Of a stretch of 64,000 nucleotides of DNA, positions 57,611 to 64,000 are shown in pieces. Every line of letters begins with the position of its first letter. Position 1 is the stretch's first letter. Under the pieces are notes generated by a model, which saw only the letters and a program-made list of their open reading frames with translations, ran no database searches and was not told the DNA's origin. The stretch is taken from NCBI GenBank assembly GCA_951406725.2, contig OX597836.1:4278001-4342000 (forward strand), read 5' to 3'. Origin of the DNA: Octopus vulgaris. Its lineage: Eukaryota. The position numbers were made by a program, and so were the translations under genes.

Positions 57611-57899
57611 TTTTACTTTTTTCAGTCATTTGGCTGCGGCCATGCTGGAGCACATCCTCTACTCGAGCAAATCGACCCCAGGACTTACTCTTTGTAAGCC
57701 TAGTACACATTCTATCGGTCTCTTTTGCTGAATTGCTAAGTTGCGAGAACGTAAACACTCCAACATCGGTTGTCAAGCAATGTTGTGATTTGGTTGTGGT
57801 AGTGGTAGTGGGGAAACGCACAAATACACACACACACACACACGCGCGCATATCAATCTATCTGTCTATATATATATATATTTACACACACACACACAC

Positions 57900-57981
<82 letters not shown>

Positions 57982-58118
57982 GTCTATATACTACGAGATT
58001 CTTTCAGGTTCTATCTACTCACAATGCTTTGGTTGGTCCGAGGTTATAGCAGAAGTCAGTTGCTCAAGGTTCCACGCAGTGTGACTGAACCCGAAACCTT
58101 ATGATTGACAAGCACGCT
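57611..58118 (-). mobile_element. SINE family B
   Basis: ttcagtcatttggctgcggccatgctggagcac...ttctatcggtctcttttgc...acgcagtgtgactgaaccc. Confidence 0.85.
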
Positions 58119-58153
58119 ACGGAGAAGAGGAGGAGGAGGAGGAGGAGGAAGAA

Positions 58154-58200
<47 letters not shown>

Positions 58201-59286
58201 AGAAGAAGAAGAAGAAAAAGAAGTAGAAAAAGAAGTAGAGGAATGATATGACTTTCTTTGATAAGCCAGGGGAGCGTTGATTGGGGTGACATTCCATGAA
58301 CAATATGCGGTGTCGGTAATTTACATAAAATCGAATTATTGAGAAAACATAATAAGAGAGAAACTCCACTAGGTTATACTAGATTGTAATTTGCTGCCGG
58401 AGAAGCAACAAACGGCTGGAGGGGGGGAGGTAGCTGTCGGTCAGGATGAATTGGGTTCTGTGTAAAGCACAACATGTGTAATATGAACAGGAGTATCATT
58501 AAAAATAATGACAGGAGTTGTGTTTTGTGTATGCAACACTTTATTACTCGGTTTTTCTAAATGAAGTTAATAGTGGGTGATAGTTGAACACCCACCAAAA
58601 ATATATACAAAATATATTAAAACGATAAAGAAAAGAAAAATAATAAAAATTTCGGAATAAAAAGAAGAGGCCTTTCATTATCTTATTGATTTATTGTCCA
58701 ATTAATGTCGTTTAGGTCACCCCGAAATATTTTATGGACAAACATTTTAGTAGTTCCCGTTTTATGGTTTTTTACGTGTGTTGTTGTTTTTTTTATGAAT
58801 TTTTTTTACGTGTTTTATTTTATTTTATTTTTCTATTTTATTTTATTTTCTGTCCTTCATGTTGTTATTTGATTTTGACTGTATTTGCTTGTAAGTTGCG
58901 ACCATGAAAGCAAGGAAACCAATCAGTGCTTTCATTTTTTTTTTGTTTTGTTTGTTTCTTGATGGGGAGAATCACAAAAAAATATTTAATGAAAGCATTA
59001 ACCTAAAATTTCCCCTATAACTGCTGCAGTAACACCAGTAGTAGTAGTAGCAGTAGTAGTAATAGTGGAAGTAGTAGTAGTAGTACTAGTAGTAGTAGTA
59101 GTAGTAATACGAGGAGGAGGAGAAGGTGGAGTGGCGGCGGCGGCAGTGTTGGTCGCCGACGAAGTTGCTCTGTTATATTTTAGTCCCAGGATTAGTTCTT
59201 GGGAGGTTAATATCTAGGTCTAAAGTAGTTACCATTCCATCCTCTCAATTGTCTCTTTTACTATCACACACACACACATATATATG

Positions 59287-59393
<107 letters not shown>

Positions 59394-59559
59394 ATATATA
59401 TATATATATGTATTTATATATATACATATTGTGTTTGCTTCAGTCACATGACTCTGGCCACACTGGACCACCGCCTACGTGATTCCCTTCCTGACTATCG
59501 TATAGATAAAGGACAGAGTTCCTTTATGAGTCTTATAGATTCATAAGGCAAGCTTCCCA

Positions 59560-59740
59560 GTTCCTCCCCCTCCTCGGACACTGGTCCGTCCCAGGATTAC
59601 TCATTTTTGCCATCTGAGTGGACGGGAACAACGCGAAATGAAGAATTTGGCTTACGAACACAACTCATTTCCCAGTCCAGCACTTGAAACCACAATCTTA
59701 CGATTATGTGTCAGGCGCCTTAACCAAGCCATGTACCCCT
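59560..59740 (-). mobile_element. SINE family D
   Basis: actcatttttgccatctgagtggac..aacaac..aaatgaag...ttaaccaagcca. Confidence 0.65.
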
Positions 59741-60847
59741 TAAAGCGATAGCATAAACAGAATAGAATACCATTTTGGGCGGTAGAATCGCAGATTCGCA
59801 AGTGCTTTCCGTTATATATTCCGTGTCATTACTTTCTAAGTAATTGGTGAAGCGCAGCAAATACGTTTGTATCGAATCATTCGGGTGCCGGAAAAGCTGA
59901 TGCTCTGATCTACTCCGGCACCGAATAATGACTTCATATTTATAATATATGGCTTTACTCAGGATATTATCGATGCAATAGGAACAATACATTACAAAGC
60001 CAGTGTAGGGGGTTGAGACTAGTGCATTTGGTGAGTCATCTCAGAATAATTATTCGTGCTTGTCTCTGCTTAAAGTTAGTTATTATTCTTTACACGAAAT
60101 AACCCGAAGCCACACCCTTAGATCATTCTGAAGCCAAAGATGCAGTCACAACAGGCCTGAGGGATAAATACTAGAAGAATGTTGCATCAATACATGTATT
60201 CAAAATATGATGGCGAACTGATAGAATCATTAGTACGCCAAGCAAAATTCTTATTAACGGCATTTCGTCTGTTTTCAGCTTCTGTGTTCAAATCCACCCG
60301 AGGTTGACAATCCTTTCTTTCGAGAGGGTACGTTTTCTAAATGTGTGGCAAAGAGTGGACCCTTGTTAAGAGATCGAAGATCCGAACGGCTTTGTGGAAT
60401 CCAGTGATTGACTGAGTATAATCTATAAGTGCTTAATCACTAATCGAAACCGTCGAGCTCGGTGTCACTAAAGGAGAATTACATTTGCAGTTCTCCTACA
60501 TATTGGTAGCCCATATAAAATAGAAGAATAATATATTACTTGTGATTAACGGAGGAAATGATTTCGACAGACAAAGGCGCAGAGCGATGACAATGAGTGA
60601 GGAGAAGAAGAAAGAAGAAGAAGAAGAAGAATGGAGGAGGAGGAGAGTGAGGGTGGGGAGCAGTGCAAGAGGGAGGGGCGCGAGAAGCAGACATTCAGAA
60701 ACGAAAACATTTGATAATTAATCATTTAGTAGAATACATTTAATATATTTATGAAGGCAAGCAACGCAGTATGGTTTCTATCAAACACACACACACACAC
60801 ACATTCGCGAGCGAGCGAGCACACACACACACATTCGCGAGCGAGCG

Positions 60848-60912
<65 letters not shown>

Positions 60913-61023
60913 TCATATATACATGAATATATATATAAATATATATGTTATACATATAATATATATGAACTTTTTATAATATAATATATATAAATATATA
61001 TATATGATACATATATACGTATA

Positions 61024-61076
<53 letters not shown>

Positions 61077-61093
61077 GAATATATATATATACA

Positions 61094-61141
<48 letters not shown>

Positions 61142-61237
61142 CGTATATATATATATTATACATATATGTGAATATATTAATATATAATATATATATGATA
61201 CATTTATACACGCACATACGCATAGGTACACACGCGA

Positions 61238-61280
<43 letters not shown>

Positions 61281-62144
61281 CATATATACGTAACCACGCA
61301 CACGTGCATACATGTATTTATGTAATGCATGTATAGTATTCATGAAAGCGTTGTGTGCGAATGAAAAGTGTCTATGACGTCTCTAGTCAGAAGCAATCAG
61401 CATGGATGGAGCAATATTTCAATTAGCAATATGAAGAATTAATGGAATTATGAATCTATTTCTCACACGCCAATTGCCAGCCAACCCAATAGAATTCTTC
61501 ACTCGTTGTAGGCTTTCGGCGCCGTTTTATTGTCATTCTTCGTTTCTAAGTAAATTGAGTTGGTTCACAGTCCCAAAGTCAGACATTTGACTGTGGCAGA
61601 AGAGAACAATCGATTACATTGACCCCAGCACTTGACTGCTACTTAATTTTATCAATCCCGGAAGGTCGAAATCAGAAACCAACGCTGATGCAAATTGAAA
61701 TGTTAAATAGATTGATTTCTAAAGAAGGCCGCAGGTAAAATATTAAAGAACGGCAAAGAGAAAGGGGCATGCGTATCGTTATCAGAAATTGAATGGATAT
61801 AATTCCCCTTGGATGAATAGAATGTATATTCGGCGACCACGGCAGTTTGAACCCAGGACGTTAAAGATCGTAACTCCATATCGTAAGATATATTGCCCGG
61901 TGCTCTAGCGTAATTATATGTGTGTGTATCTATATGTAGATATAAATGTGTGTGTGTGGGGGGGGGGTGTATATATATTTGTCTGCTATGCTGCTGCTAT
62001 GCTGACCACCGTCTCGCCCTACCTCACACGCCTACACACAGACGCACACACTAACACATACATATATTTTTTGTTTTTTTACCTCGCCTCACACACACAC
62101 ATACACACACGCACACGCACACACTCACACATACACACACATCT

Positions 62145-62433
62145 GTTGCGTTACCAACCTTGTCTCCACTCTTTTGCCTTTAAAAACCCACTTTGCTCTT
62201 GTTATCGTAAACATCCGCCTTTCACCATGTGCTACTCCTAACACCAGCCGTTTTTTTCTCTATCTCCGTTGCCCGCTCCGGGATCTTTCTTTCCTCTCTC
62301 TTCCTTCTTTATGTTTCCGACGAAGAGCTCCGCTCGAAACGTCATACCTCCCTGCTTCCATTTCCTGAGCGCCTATTAATAATAATACTGTAATTGTTCC
62401 CTTGTTGTTGTTTTTTTGTTTCCCGTTTGGATT

Positions 62434-62435
<2 letters not shown>
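62145..62435 (+). mobile_element. Family F-related hammerhead-bearing element
   Basis: Pyrimidine tract, hammerhead-like motif, then ttcctgagcgc as in the 11405 and 62793 copies; between (CA)n and (TA)n. Confidence 0.6.
62313..62347 (+). ncRNA. Minimal type-I hammerhead-like motif, variant core CCGACGA
   Basis: gttt-CCGACGA-a-gagc tcc gctc-GAAA-cg-TC-atac; GUC triplet; one mismatch in stem I. Confidence 0.55.
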
Positions 62436-62521
<86 letters not shown>

Positions 62522-62525
62522 AAAA

Positions 62526-62752
62526 GGCGGCAAGCTGGCAGAAACGTTAACACGCCGGGCGAATTGCGTAGCCGTATTTCGTCTGTTGTTACGTTCCGAG
62601 TTCAAATTCCATCGAGGTCAACTTTGCCTTTCATCCTTTCGGGGTCGATAAATTAAGTACCAGTTACGCACTGGGGTCGATGTAATCGATTTAATACCTT
62701 TGTCTGTCCTTGTTTGTCCCCTCTGTGTTTAGCCCCTTGTGGATAGTAAAGA
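62526..62752 (+). mobile_element. SINE family A, well preserved
   Basis: ggcggcaagctggcagaaacgtt...gagttcaaatt...gcctttcatcctttcggggtcgataaattaagtaccag...gccccttgtgg. Confidence 0.92.
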
Positions 62753-62792
62753 TGTATGTATGTATGTATGTATGTATGTATGTATGTATGTA

Positions 62793-63003
62793 TAACGGGC
62801 AGGTTTACTAAAATAAACAAAAGACGAAGTCAGGTGGAGTACGATCAAACAATTGTATTAGTATGGCGCTCAGGAATAGAAATAAAACAAGTCTTTTACG
62901 TTTCGAGCCTATGCTCTTCAACAGAAAGATACACAGAAAAGAAACTCAGAGAGAAACAAGGAGAGAAAAAATTGCGTGCAGGAGCTAACGATTCAACATG
63001 GCG
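62793..63003 (-). mobile_element. Family F hammerhead-bearing element
   Basis: Homologous to 11405-11592 and 34262-34356. Confidence 0.8.
62892..62929 (-). ncRNA. Minimal type-I hammerhead-like motif, variant core CUGUUGA
   Basis: Minus strand tcttt-CTGTTGA-a-gagc atag gctc-GAAA-cg-TA-aaaga; stems I and II pair perfectly. Confidence 0.62.
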
Positions 63004-63264
63004 GTATTGGTTTTAAATTTTGGCACGATGCCAACAGGTTGGGGGCACGCGCTGGGAAGACGATTACATAGATCCTAGAATTTAACTGTTATCTCTTTTG
63101 TTGACTCCGAAAGGATGTAAGATTAAGACCATCCCTATTGACTTTTACTTCTCTTGTTGATGTTGTTGTTTACCCCCCTTGATCGTTTTGTTTAGTCCTC
63201 AGTCGTGTAGAAGTATAGTTTAAAACATTCAATTCGTAGACATCTAATACCTTATTCAGACTAG

Positions 63265-63582
63265 TGGAGGCGCAATGGCCCAGTGGTTAGGGCAGCGGAC
63301 TCGCGGTCATAGGATCGCGGTTTCGATTCCCAGACCGGGCGTTGTGAGTGTTTATTGAGCGAAAACACCTAAAGCTCCACGAGGCTCCGACAGGGGATGG
63401 TGGTGATCCCTGCTGTACTCTTTCACCACAACTTTCTCTCACTCTTACTTCCTGTTTGTAACTCTCTGACGGCCTTGTCACTCTCTGTGTCACGCTGAAT
63501 ATCTCCGAGAACTACGTTAAAGGTACACGTGTCTGTGGAGTGCTCAGCCACTTACACGTTAATTTCACGAGCAGGCTGTTCC
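63265..63582 (+). mobile_element. SINE with family C head and a different 3' body
   Basis: Matches family C up to about 63445, then cacgtgtctgtggagtgctcagccacttacacgttaatttcacgagcaggctgttcc instead of the C tail. Confidence 0.85.
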
Positions 63583-63926
63583 ATTATTCAGACTAACTAT
63601 ATTCATTGCCGCGTAGTTCAATACCTTTCTTTATTTTAAAAATAGCTCTTTGTCATATGACAGATATTTAATACGTATTTCTTGAAGACCAGGTGTCATC
63701 GTGGACCTTCTCGAGACCGCTTCAACATCTTTTAATTAATCATATCTATTCTATTTGTTCCTTTTTCACACACTTTATGAAATATATCGGTTTAATTCTC
63801 CCCTATTAAATACACAACTTCAGATATTGCCCCTGAGCTCACGATTTTTCTCTGAGGATCTTAAACACCCTGTGTTCAATTTGAACCAGACTGGGTTTTT
63901 TTCTAATAGAAATAATTATTATTATT

Positions 63927-64000
63927 GAGGTGGCAGAATCGTTAGCATGCTGAGCGACATTTCGTCCGTTTTCACGTCCTGAGTTCAAATTCCGACGTTT
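63927..64000 (+). mobile_element. SINE family A head, runs off the window
   Basis: tggcagaatcgttagcatgc...gagttcaaattcc. Confidence 0.75.

Overview
AT-rich, microsatellite-saturated eukaryotic non-coding DNA; the SINE repertoire and (TA)n/(TCTA)n/(TAA)n load point to a coleoid cephalopod, most likely Octopus (inference). No host protein-coding exon can be supported; nearly all listed ORFs are translations of simple repeats. Recognisable content: more than 25 copies of at least four tRNA-derived SINE families, a young 5'-truncated R4/Dong-type REL retrotransposon in a (TAA)n array, decayed RTE, CR1-group, mariner and Penelope fragments, Tigger-like and other MITEs, and several long palindromes. 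The most notable signal is a dispersed set of about ten short (100-300 bp) microsatellite-embedded elements carrying minimal type-I hammerhead ribozyme motifs with palindromic stem III. Some have canonical cores, some have non-canonical cores, some are split by local inversions, and one may be joined to a tRNA-Arg-like head. A pair of TAAT-rich islands at about 37.8 and 41.2 kb with conserved motif spacing may be duplicated cis-regulatory elements. Coordinates were read by eye and boundaries of decayed copies are approximate.
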